Assembly: GCA_964645485.1 (NCBI GenBank)
Contig: CAZXZO010000002.1
Location: 25,108-89,107, forward strand
DNA: 64,000 nucleotides
Direction: 5' to 3'
Origin: an uncultured Candidatus Poseidoniales archaeon
GTDB taxonomy: Archaea; Thermoplasmatota; Poseidoniia; Poseidoniales; Thalassarchaeaceae
Positions 29,401 through 37,574 of the stretch are shown here, one piece after another; position 1 is the first letter of the stretch, and each line of letters begins with the position of its first letter. A model generated the notes under the pieces. The model worked only from the letters and a program-made list of their open reading frames with translations, searched no databases and had not been told where the DNA came from. A program made the position numbers and the translations under genes.

Positions 29401-32400
29401 GTATGAATTTCATATCTCTATTAATTCCAGAAGGTGCAATTGTAACTGGTGGAATAGTCGGTGTGCAAACTTATCAGCAATCTGTTGAGGTTAATCTTTC
29501 GATAGCCGGAGCAGCTTTGCTGAATCAGCACCCAATTGCAAATGGACAAGGAATCTTGGTCCCACTGGATACTGCAGTCATCCAATCAATCAACGCTCAA
29601 GTTGGTATGCCTTATGCAAATTCGACAAGAGATTGGAAGCAAATTCCGATATCGTTGGATACAACTGATTTAACCCAAATCCGTATCTATGGGTTGAACT
29701 ACATCTTGAGAGATAACGTATCAGGACTTGGGCCAGTAGTTTCTCAGGCAGTGAATGGAAGTATCCCAGCAAATGGGACTTACAACATTCCAGTACGAGT
29801 GGATTCACAAGCAGGCGGTATTGGATTGTGGGGCGGGGTAGAGCATGCACCACTTTTGGTTAATGAAGTGGTCTCTGTTCCAGAAACTTGGCTACCGGAC
29901 AGGCCAACAATCATCACTACTGAACTAACACATTTGTTCTCGCGGGAATTGCTTGCAAGTGCTAATCTATCATTGATGGCACCCAGTGGTGATTTGATTT
30001 CATTTTCCATCATTGACCTTGCAAGCACCCCTATATTTTCTCAAAATAGCGGAGGTGGCCAAGTATCATTTGATACAACATCATCAACTATTTCCCCGAT
30101 TGAAAGAGGCTGGCAGATTGAATGGCATCTACAAACAGAATGGGGTTGGGATGATGTTGATTGGCTAGACGTTGCTGCCGATTCTTGGGCGGTTGATGGA
30201 ACCAACCTTGCTGACGATGTTGTCAGAATCGGTATTGGCTCAAAAGCCGTTGAAAATGACATGGAAATAGATACTTGGGAAGTTAGGAACCAAAATGGAA
30301 ACCTACTCTCAACCCGCGGCTCCCCAGCCTATCCATTTGAGATTGCTACAGGTTCTATCATTGAGGTATCTGGCAAAGTTAGGTTTGAGGATTCTAATAG
30401 CCGCCCTTCAAATGATGATTTTCAGGTTTCAATCCAATCTGAACATATCAACGGCACGACCCAAGTCATTGCCTCAAGTGGGCCCAACGGTGAGTGGGAG
30501 GCTACTGTAGTTCTTGAACAAACGAGCGGACAAGTGAATCTCACGGCTTGGATTCTTCGTCCAGGACCAACAGGCGTTTCTCTTACTGGAGCAACAGATG
30601 TTACTGCGGATAGAACACCAGTCACGCTGATTATTGACTCCAATCCACCAACACTTGGTCCTTTAATGGCATACACACCTAGTGGCCCAAGACCGGCGGA
30701 TGGAAATGTTTGGCCAGAAGACAGACTCTTGCCGCTATCAGTGGAAATAACAGAATTTGAGGCTCTTGGAGGTCCTCTATTATTGCATTCATGGAGGGAA
30801 GGTATCGACGATGTGAATGGGAATGGTCAAGCAGATGAATGGGAATATTCTATCCTCAGGGAAATAACTCCGATGAAAGAAAATGGAACCGTGAAAGTAG
30901 ATTTCCCATCCCTAGATTTGGTAGCAAATGGTGAACTTGGAAAAGTCTCACTCTACATTACCGGAACAGATCTTGCGGGACATTCTGTGCTAAATGGTGG
31001 TGCGCCAGGGGTGGACAATGACATGGCAACTTTAGTGACCCAAGATGACTTACCAACTACAATTTCACAACCATCTATATCTCTTGATAGGTGGGGGAAT
31101 AACCTTCTTGTTGGTCAAGTGCATGAGTTCTCTTTTTCACTCACTGATGATAATGGAATAGGCTCAATTGACAACATTTCAGTTGCTTTGGCACCAGGTG
31201 ACGCCAGAGGTGACATCTGGCTTGACCCGTTATCAGGGATATTGTCTGTGAATGATGATTCCCCAATCACTCCAGTTGGACTAATTATTGACGAACTACC
31301 CGCGGGTTCGTACAAGGTTATTGTTCAGTTCCGCTTGGGTGTTGACTCACCTCAATCTTGGAATAAAACAACCCAACAACCCAGTGTAATAGTAACTGAG
31401 CATGGTCAAGTGCTAGCACTTGGAAGCAGTTCGCTTTCTCATCTTGATTGGACGGTTGATGGGCGGGTCAACCTAGAATTGTTGAGTGCTAATGACTTGT
31501 CTCCACCTTACAGTGGATTAATTGAGAATACGCTATATCTTCAACCAGACGATAGATTCAATTTTTCGGGTCAGTTAAATCATCCGGCTAACGGATTAAA
31601 TGTGACACTGGATGGTGATTGGCAAGTCAATATTAGTATGGATGACGGCCAAAATAATGCTGAAAGATGGCAGACTATACTTACCGATTCCTCATGGTTT
31701 TCTGCAACATCTGAAATCCCTCAATCTAGATGGAATCGTGGCTCAGCAACTGTAAAAGCAACAATCGTTGGAGGTGTTCAAACAATTCCAATTTCCAATA
31801 TGGAACTACTTCTAGTGATTGATTCAACACCGCCTCAACTTGATATTCCTGAATCTACACTACGGGTCATCAACTCAAATCAAATGCGCCAACAATTAGT
31901 TACAGTGCAGGTAAATGAGGAAGGTGGGATGGGTGAAAACCCTCTCGAATTGCATTGGTCATTTAGAAGGCATGGTGTAGAAATCCCCAGCATGAATGGG
32001 ATTTCACTACTACCTCTCGCAACCCAGACAGAAGGGGTTTGGACATACTCTACGAGAATCGATTTTGATGTGAACCAAAAAAATCTCTTGCCAAATGATG
32101 ACTTGGTAATATGGATTGTTGGTACCGATTTAGCAGGCCATTCCTTAGAGGGACTAGGGACCGAAGGTAATAGTAGACTAACAGAACTACGAGTCATATT
32201 CTTCCAACCAGTACTCTCGGAATTAACCGTTAGCCCATATAATCCGACTGTTGAATCTGTTTTCAGCATTGATGGTAGAGTGCTGAATGAGGGAAATGAT
32301 ATGGGGGTAGTCAAAATTGGACTATGGGCTTGGCAATCTGGTAGTGGAGGGCGTTATCTCATTTTAAATGAAACAAATTTAACACTTTTACCTCAACAAC

Positions 32401-32765
32401 ATGCGTTTTTCACCTTTTCACAAGAGGCTTGGGCTTCTGGTGATTTGCAATTGTATATCGCAATAAATGATGATGATACAAATTTGACAAGCGTCCCTGT
32501 TGGTCTAGTTCGTGAGCAATCTGCTGGTGAAATTTTATGGCAAAATCTTGACTCACCAGCAGCAATTGGTTTGATGATTTTACTAATATCAGTCGTTTTG
32601 ATGGTTGTTACTGCAGCGATAAGACGTAGTGATGAAGAATGGGATGATGAAGAGGACGAAGATGCTCCGCCTCCACCTCCGTGGGCTCCGGATGAATGGC
32701 CCGAAGGTGCAGGACCTCCACCCGAAATCCTAACTAAGAGCACATCAATGCTTGAGGAAGAATGA
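26472..32765 (+). CDS. Giant (2097 aa) surface protein with jelly-roll (immune inhibitor A/MAM-like) modules, CARDB-like domain and C-terminal TM
   Basis: Signal peptide; repeated (L/M)xSPxxxI..F..W/F..DG..V..S.D.G..W modules closed by G(M/L/W)(F/Y)(L/I)DDV; TM then acidic Pro-rich tail. Confidence 0.8.
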   Translation: MEGVSDTRRAYLLAMLLIIMPMAGLVSANQTMWVGPSVVSSPAGGGNVTVTGFQVPQGEEVLDAWLEVSEAGMSDLGTGIEWVEDANGKLNFSWGLWNSTTADFFDGALSLDANHSVGRINDFETLKRVVQNWQYGGTPGVWEISDMLGIAGPINGSGRESSGGLIPIGGVTGRYIIATADDQALPNGVHSWMESPDFYIPNVINNFNLTFSYWQHMYTPNSVNGNADGSWVEMSIDGGANWNYITPEGGYNNRINPTAPSPNGSGGSNFEVWASPNATGWQQANFNLDNYPGITNASNVRFRFVVWTDVNSTVQRPGMFLDNVNLTNSGSDLGSWFHGNLSSYYADGANSFLSFEANLSNASGPIMLDYAVDFDMEGDIYDNFNWEWSLNNFSWTSFSPQMPSFGVLIGGQMYVDDSRGWKPLSHPLPQSLAGNSSVYIRVYLETDTFPGSGFGGTTLDPPEGLFIDDVRISSGTTGNQTTHLYLNFTDVNDGNPTHGNIGTGLDEWQHLTSHGVNGPSYQFDSFENSPLLPEGWEIDTDRGTGWEFRAHNTSWVYGPDTPDSGSYYAGIVFSDEYQPNTWTHLTSPALAIPVGSHARISFKQFACAEPGWDGGVVYISTDDGRTWIPYGQNEPDFYDTQQTQNPNSDIYNLWAMDGSNAKPTCYGQRGPSNNKSWVTKEADVSQYGGQAIKLRFSFYSDPLLEADGWYLDDVGLYVDWFEEQGTWTSDLIDTNRNGLGTIDIDASVPNGTWVRCSLLDEYGAILQGMENLSFPVIPLPGSLGEKVRIKLEMGTSEPELTPKVHALYVGGTNIFSARDTSNGWTISPYLDLNQTSGNLTNSGLATHSLTGPLIYANSPMQVFELSGVGAGVLVTLLDERGSSFNYGILGNKTVQRTIPLTAYRVQIDLQPGGWLNSLKVSGRMLQPGLNVSIDVGDDGSIDWAFSEGNDGRGQLGWQDSLMLSNTRSATTDSQWNGMNFISLLIPEGAIVTGGIVGVQTYQQSVEVNLSIAGAALLNQHPIANGQGILVPLDTAVIQSINAQVGMPYANSTRDWKQIPISLDTTDLTQIRIYGLNYILRDNVSGLGPVVSQAVNGSIPANGTYNIPVRVDSQAGGIGLWGGVEHAPLLVNEVVSVPETWLPDRPTIITTELTHLFSRELLASANLSLMAPSGDLISFSIIDLASTPIFSQNSGGGQVSFDTTSSTISPIERGWQIEWHLQTEWGWDDVDWLDVAADSWAVDGTNLADDVVRIGIGSKAVENDMEIDTWEVRNQNGNLLSTRGSPAYPFEIATGSIIEVSGKVRFEDSNSRPSNDDFQVSIQSEHINGTTQVIASSGPNGEWEATVVLEQTSGQVNLTAWILRPGPTGVSLTGATDVTADRTPVTLIIDSNPPTLGPLMAYTPSGPRPADGNVWPEDRLLPLSVEITEFEALGGPLLLHSWREGIDDVNGNGQADEWEYSILREITPMKENGTVKVDFPSLDLVANGELGKVSLYITGTDLAGHSVLNGGAPGVDNDMATLVTQDDLPTTISQPSISLDRWGNNLLVGQVHEFSFSLTDDNGIGSIDNISVALAPGDARGDIWLDPLSGILSVNDDSPITPVGLIIDELPAGSYKVIVQFRLGVDSPQSWNKTTQQPSVIVTEHGQVLALGSSSLSHLDWTVDGRVNLELLSANDLSPPYSGLIENTLYLQPDDRFNFSGQLNHPANGLNVTLDGDWQVNISMDDGQNNAERWQTILTDSSWFSATSEIPQSRWNRGSATVKATIVGGVQTIPISNMELLLVIDSTPPQLDIPESTLRVINSNQMRQQLVTVQVNEEGGMGENPLELHWSFRRHGVEIPSMNGISLLPLATQTEGVWTYSTRIDFDVNQKNLLPNDDLVIWIVGTDLAGHSLEGLGTEGNSRLTELRVIFFQPVLSELTVSPYNPTVESVFSIDGRVLNEGNDMGVVKIGLWAWQSGSGGRYLILNETNLTLLPQQHAFFTFSQEAWASGDLQLYIAINDDDTNLTSVPVGLVREQSAGEILWQNLDSPAAIGLMILLISVVLMVVTAAIRRSDEEWDDEEDEDAPPPPPWAPDEWPEGAGPPPEILTKSTSMLEEE

Positions 32766-32976
32766 CAAAGGGAAGCATCCACCAAGTTACCACTCAGGGG
32801 TACCCGACCTCTCACCGCGGGCGCAGCGGTGAGAGAGTTTTCGGCTTCGCCGCGCTGCGTTTGAATAACAAGATTTCAATTGTCACAGGCCCATTTTCTT
32901 GTTGTTTACCCTGTGAAACCGAACCCAGCTTTGACCGTATATTTGAAGGTGGATTGGCTTCCCCCTCAACTTACAC

Positions 32977-33058
32977 GCAGGGGTACCCGAGCGGTCAAAG
33001 GGGGTGGGCTCAAGATCCACTGCTTAGTGCTTCGCAGGTTCGAATCCTGCTCCCTGCA
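32977..33058 (+). tRNA. tRNA-Leu (CAA), long variable arm, no intron, CCA not encoded
   Basis: Acceptor GCAGGGG/TCCCTGC-A; anticodon arm GTGGG-CTCAAGA-TCCAC; T arm GCAGG-TTCGAAT-CCTGC. Confidence 0.97.
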
Positions 33059-33545
33059 CTTTGATTACTCATGCCTTCATCGTGCAGAGAGCGCAAAACG
33101 CTAACGTCGAACCTGCTTCGCAGTGCATCAGGTTGCTGTGCAACCTTCGCATCCTCAACCTTCCCTCTGCTCTCAGACGCTTCCATCAGTCCAGATTGAG
33201 GATTTTGAATCCTGCTCCCTGCATCAGATTTCATAAGATTTCAACAGATTTAATCAGGACAGGATTCGAACTCCGCGAGTTTTAATCCATCTTACTTCAA
33301 CAAAACTCGCTGGAGTTTGCCGCTGGACTGACCAAAGGGAAGGAAGCGTCAGACCGTTTGAAATCCTGCTCCCTGCACTTTGATTACTCATGCCTTCATC
33401 GTGCAGAGAGCGCAAAACGCTAACGTCGAACCTGCTTCGCAGTGCATCAGGTTGCTGTGCAACCTTCGCATCCTCAACCTTCCCTCTGCTCTCAGACGCT
33501 TCCATCAGTCCAGATTGAGGATTTCGAATCCTGCTCCCTGCACCA
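33042..33545 (+). repeat. tRNA-Leu 3'-end repeat array: four copies of (G/A)AATCCTGCTCCCTGCA separating units A-B-A
   Basis: Copies end at 33058, 33223, 33377, 33542; units 33059-33223 and 33378-33542 differ at one position; last copy followed by CCA. Confidence 0.93.
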
Positions 33546-33657
33546 ACCAATTTCATTCATTCTCCTTCCTCACTGCAAATTATTCTATCTAAATGAATGT
33601 TGACAAAGGCAGTAAAGGTAAGTGAATTCTCCAATATAAAAATCACTTTTCCAATTG

Positions 33658-33687
33658 AACAATATGTGGTTAATTCATCATATTGTT
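33658..33687. promoter_or_regulatory. Inverted repeat, candidate metal-responsive operator upstream of the P1B-ATPase
   Basis: AACAATATG-N12-CATATTGTT about 40 bp before ATG 33728. Confidence 0.5.
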
Positions 33688-33727
33688 AGAGGCACACATT
33701 CAAACAGGGGAGGCAATAGGTTGGGTT

Positions 33728-36436
33728 ATGCGCAAGCGTGAGGATGAATCGGAGGGATTCATCTTTTTCGAAGATGATGGTGAAGATGAATCGGCAACAT
33801 CTGAAGATAAAATCATCAAAGATAAAATTGCTGAGGATACTGACTCTCAAGTGGATTCAAATGATTTAGTTTCACTTCCCAAAGACCAAATAATTCCCCT
33901 GAAAGATATTTTGCCAAAAAGGGATGAGGAGTATTTTTCTGCTGAATTAGTTACCGACGGTGTTCATGATTTTGAATGGCCAATCAAAGGAATGGATTGC
34001 CCGGATTGCGCAATGAAAGCGAGTTCTGCTACAATAAAAAATCCAGCAGTTGCCTCATGTAAAATAAGCCATGCTGAAGGAATGGTCCGTATCGGGATTG
34101 ATCTTGGAAAGGGTGACCTTTCTAGAGCTAATCGTATATTATCAAGCCTAGGCCATGAGCCAGATGTTGATTGGTTCAAATTATCTGGTGTTACTGTTGA
34201 ATCGGTAATGAAGCGGCAGGGTTGTGACCAACCCTCTTTGAAGCGACTCCTCCAATCTGCTCCAGGTGTACTCGATGTTCACTTAGAAGGTAACGATATT
34301 ATGATCCAGCGGCCACCTTCTTTGTTGCCGCTCACTCGTCAAGAACACGAACATGCACTAGAGAGAATGACAGGGAAAAATGTTGAGTTGGTAAAAGGTG
34401 ATATTTCCGGGCTTTCAACCGAACATTGGCGCTTGATTGGTGCATCCATCGCATTTGTTCTATTACCAATTATTCTCCTCTTAGAAGCATTTTCAACTCC
34501 AGCAATACTAATCGGTGGAATCGGGCTTTTTGGCACAATTATTGGTGGTTATAGAATGTTCTTAGAAGCGATTGCGAGTGTCAGGAATCGTGTTCTTGGA
34601 TTTCAAATACTTACCACAATGGCAGTAATCGGTGCGGTAATTTTACAACACTGGGTCGAAGCATTAATGGTTGTATTATTAGAATCTGTAAGTGGTCATT
34701 TAGAGTCATCAGCCCTTGTTCGGGCAAGAAATGCAATGCAGGGTGGATTAGACCGCTTACCCCGAGTGGCAAGAGTAGTTTCAGGCATGAATCCACGCTT
34801 GGGTACGGTCTCAACGACAACATTTAGCACAGGTTTATCCCCATTATCATCGCTTGAACCAGCGCGTCCAGAACCCGAAGAAATTCCGATTGAACTGGTT
34901 TTTCCTGGAGCAAAGGTGGAGGTCAGAAGTGGTGAGTTGATTCCAGTAGACGGAATTATCACCGAAGGTGTTGGGCAAATAGACCGGGCTCCCTTGACTG
35001 GGGAAAGTGTACCAATAAGAGTCGAAGAAGGAGACTTCGTAGAGGCGGGGTTAGTGCTTCTGAGGGGGCCAATATTGATTGAAGTTTCAGCCGTTGGTGA
35101 GGATACAACTCTTTCAAATTTAATTGACAGTGTACATACTTACCGAGATAAGCCTCCTCGACTCCAATCTTCCGTAGAATTGTTCACGAAATTTTGGGTA
35201 CCTACTGTACTGATTGGAGGCATTGCAGTTGCTCTGTTCTATGGTGAATGGATGATGATGTTGCTACTGTGGGTAGTTGCTTGTCCCTGTGCCTTGCTTT
35301 TAGCGGCTCCAATTCCACACGCAACTGCTCTATCCACTGCAGCCCACCAAGGTGTAATTGCGCGTGGAGGTGATGTTCTTGAGAGGGCGGCTAGAGTTGA
35401 TTTAGCATTACTCGACAAGACTGGAACATTGACAAGTGGACATCCTCAACTTAGTTCATTAGTCCTAGCAGATGGTGTTTCTATGCTTGAGGCACTTTCT
35501 CTTGCTGCTGGGCTAGAAGCACGAAGTAACCATCCATACGCATCAACAATCATGTTGGCAGCCCAGAGTGAAGAGGCTCAACCAATTGAAATTAAGTCAT
35601 TAACAGATGGTGTAGCAGGAGTAAAAGGGAAAAATGGCAGGTCAATTGTCCGTCTAGGAAGCCAAGAGTGGCTATCTAATGAAGGAGTTAACATCACAGA
35701 TGCCCTAGAAGATGCAGCTAATGATGCCCGAATGAAAGGGCTTGGTGTGTCAATTCTTGCCAAGAGTAATGATGCGATTGCCGTATTTACTTTCATCAAT
35801 GATGACTTACGGGTTGGTGCAAAATCTCTCGTCAATGATTTAACCGAACTTGGTATCTCTGTGGAATTACTTTCCGGCGATTCTCAACCAGCAGTTGAAG
35901 CACTTGGGAAGGAACTTGGAATAGATTCAAAATTTTGTCGTGGGGACATAGACCCAGATGGCAAGGCTATCTGGGTAGAGCGCCGCAGTCAAGCACTTTG
36001 CACAATGATGGCCGGAGATGGCTTCAACGATGCTGCAGCACTAGCGGCTGCGGATGTAGGGGTTGCAGTTGGAAGTGGAGAGAGTGTTAACCTTGAAGCC
36101 GCAGACGTTCTAATTCCATCGAATGACCCACGCATATTGTCTCGCTTAATTCGTCTATCTAAAAAGACGAGATTCATTGTAAATATTAATCTAGCAATTT
36201 CTCTAGTTGTCACCTTCGTCTTAGTGATTTCAGTACTTTATCGCTGGCATGATAGCCTAGCGCTAGGGGTGTTTGTTCACGAAGCGAGTGCGTTGATTAC
36301 CTTACTAAATGGAGTCTGGTTAGCAGATGAAAATATGAGTAAATTAGGTACAGTTGGCAATTTGTTTGAACAACTTGGAAAGGATTGCGTAGAGGCATGG
36401 AGTTCCCTAAAATCAATGGTAACTGCAAGTAATTAA
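33728..36436 (+). CDS. Heavy-metal translocating P1B-type ATPase
   Basis: GMDCPDC metal-binding domain, LTGES, ACPC, DKTGTLT, HP, GDGFNDAAAL. Confidence 0.93.
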   Translation: MRKREDESEGFIFFEDDGEDESATSEDKIIKDKIAEDTDSQVDSNDLVSLPKDQIIPLKDILPKRDEEYFSAELVTDGVHDFEWPIKGMDCPDCAMKASSATIKNPAVASCKISHAEGMVRIGIDLGKGDLSRANRILSSLGHEPDVDWFKLSGVTVESVMKRQGCDQPSLKRLLQSAPGVLDVHLEGNDIMIQRPPSLLPLTRQEHEHALERMTGKNVELVKGDISGLSTEHWRLIGASIAFVLLPIILLLEAFSTPAILIGGIGLFGTIIGGYRMFLEAIASVRNRVLGFQILTTMAVIGAVILQHWVEALMVVLLESVSGHLESSALVRARNAMQGGLDRLPRVARVVSGMNPRLGTVSTTTFSTGLSPLSSLEPARPEPEEIPIELVFPGAKVEVRSGELIPVDGIITEGVGQIDRAPLTGESVPIRVEEGDFVEAGLVLLRGPILIEVSAVGEDTTLSNLIDSVHTYRDKPPRLQSSVELFTKFWVPTVLIGGIAVALFYGEWMMMLLLWVVACPCALLLAAPIPHATALSTAAHQGVIARGGDVLERAARVDLALLDKTGTLTSGHPQLSSLVLADGVSMLEALSLAAGLEARSNHPYASTIMLAAQSEEAQPIEIKSLTDGVAGVKGKNGRSIVRLGSQEWLSNEGVNITDALEDAANDARMKGLGVSILAKSNDAIAVFTFINDDLRVGAKSLVNDLTELGISVELLSGDSQPAVEALGKELGIDSKFCRGDIDPDGKAIWVERRSQALCTMMAGDGFNDAAALAAADVGVAVGSGESVNLEAADVLIPSNDPRILSRLIRLSKKTRFIVNINLAISLVVTFVLVISVLYRWHDSLALGVFVHEASALITLLNGVWLADENMSKLGTVGNLFEQLGKDCVEAWSSLKSMVTASN

Positions 36437-36494
36437 ATGTGGCAACTTGTTATAGCATAGTGCTGAGTGTTAGACAACAACGGGGAGAATAAGA

Positions 36495-36968
36495 ATGGCA
36501 AAGATTCGAGGAGATTCGCGGCAAGTGGCCTTAGCTCACGAAACTAGAAGAGGTATTGTCGAAACCTTGCAAAATGTTGAGGAAAAATCAACAGTGCAAA
36601 TTCAAGAAACTATAGGAGTAACTCGCTATCATCTATATCATCATCTCAAACAACTCGTAAGTGCTGGCATCATTGAGAATCATCGTGACCAGGGAAGAGC
36701 ACGATGGTGGCGACTTACGGGGCCAATTGAATTAGAGGCTGGAGTGAGTGTGAATCAACCAGATTTATCCGGCCTTCCAGATGAAGTCTCTGCCCTAATA
36801 AGGAGAGGGGCTGATGTTCACTGGGTTGAAATTTCAGGTTCTGCAAGAGATTCAATTGCGGCAAAAAAAATGCTGGAAAGTGTAGCCGAGGAGTGGGGAG
36901 TTGAACTTGATTTACCATTCACTTTCACGCCCGGCGGAATCCTCATCATTGGTAAACCACGAAACTGA
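36495..36968 (+). CDS. ArsR-like winged-helix regulator with extra C-terminal domain
   Basis: HETRRGIVETL..IQETIGVTRYHLYHHLKQLVSAGII..QGRARWWRL. Confidence 0.8.
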   Translation: MAKIRGDSRQVALAHETRRGIVETLQNVEEKSTVQIQETIGVTRYHLYHHLKQLVSAGIIENHRDQGRARWWRLTGPIELEAGVSVNQPDLSGLPDEVSALIRRGADVHWVEISGSARDSIAAKKMLESVAEEWGVELDLPFTFTPGGILIIGKPRN

Positions 36969-36977
36969 GGTGAATAA

Positions 36978-37394
36978 ATGTCTGAGGAAGAAGTAGAGGT
37001 TGATAATAGCCAATTAGAAATAGAATCAAATATTTCACCACCATTAATCAATTGCCCAAATTGTGATGGTTTACTACCTCTAGGTTTGGGGACCAAGACT
37101 TGTGCCCTGTGTGGTGCAGTAGCGAATGTTGAACACGAAGCCACACGAAGAGAGTGGGCAGATGAACGGTTTGCCTGTCCAAATTGCTCAAAAGTTTTGG
37201 TTTGTGGGCTCGAAGAGAGACCTGCAAAAGTAGCCTGTTCTTCCTGCTCAAATCAAATTGTCGTGAAACCAAAGGTTGTCAAGGTAGAGATTACTTGCCC
37301 TTCCTGTGAGCGTCGCCTACGCCTCAAGCCCCGACCGGGCTCGCGTCAGATTACCTGTCCTGCTTGTGATGATGAGTTTAAGGTCACATTTTGA
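36978..37394 (+). CDS. Triple zinc-ribbon protein
   Basis: Six CxxC motifs (CPNC, CALC, CPNC, CSSC, CPSC, CPAC); GGTGA upstream. Confidence 0.8.
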   Translation: MSEEEVEVDNSQLEIESNISPPLINCPNCDGLLPLGLGTKTCALCGAVANVEHEATRREWADERFACPNCSKVLVCGLEERPAKVACSSCSNQIVVKPKVVKVEITCPSCERRLRLKPRPGSRQITCPACDDEFKVTF

Positions 37395-37574
37395 TCCCTG
37401 TTTAGCATTAAGCAAACGCTTCTTTGGCATTATACCCTTAGGGTATGTGAATTGCCGTTTGACGGATAATGTCACCCTGCTCACTCAAATAGGAAGAGAC
37501 TTGCAGGTTTGTACTAGGAGCAATGGGCTCCAGGGGATGGGATCCTGACTGAAACAGAAGCGAAGTTAGCAGAA

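Noticed and set aside
33042-33545. Array as a CRISPR locus
   Set aside because: The repeat is a tRNA fragment, spacers are about 140 bp, two are near-identical, and there are no cas genes.
32762-33592. Short ORFs over the tRNA and repeat array (32762-33064, 32880-33104, 33010-33234, 33061-33285, 33254-33556, 33380-33592)
   Set aside because: They overlap the tRNA or are by-products of the duplicated GC-rich units; no recognisable motifs and weak starts.
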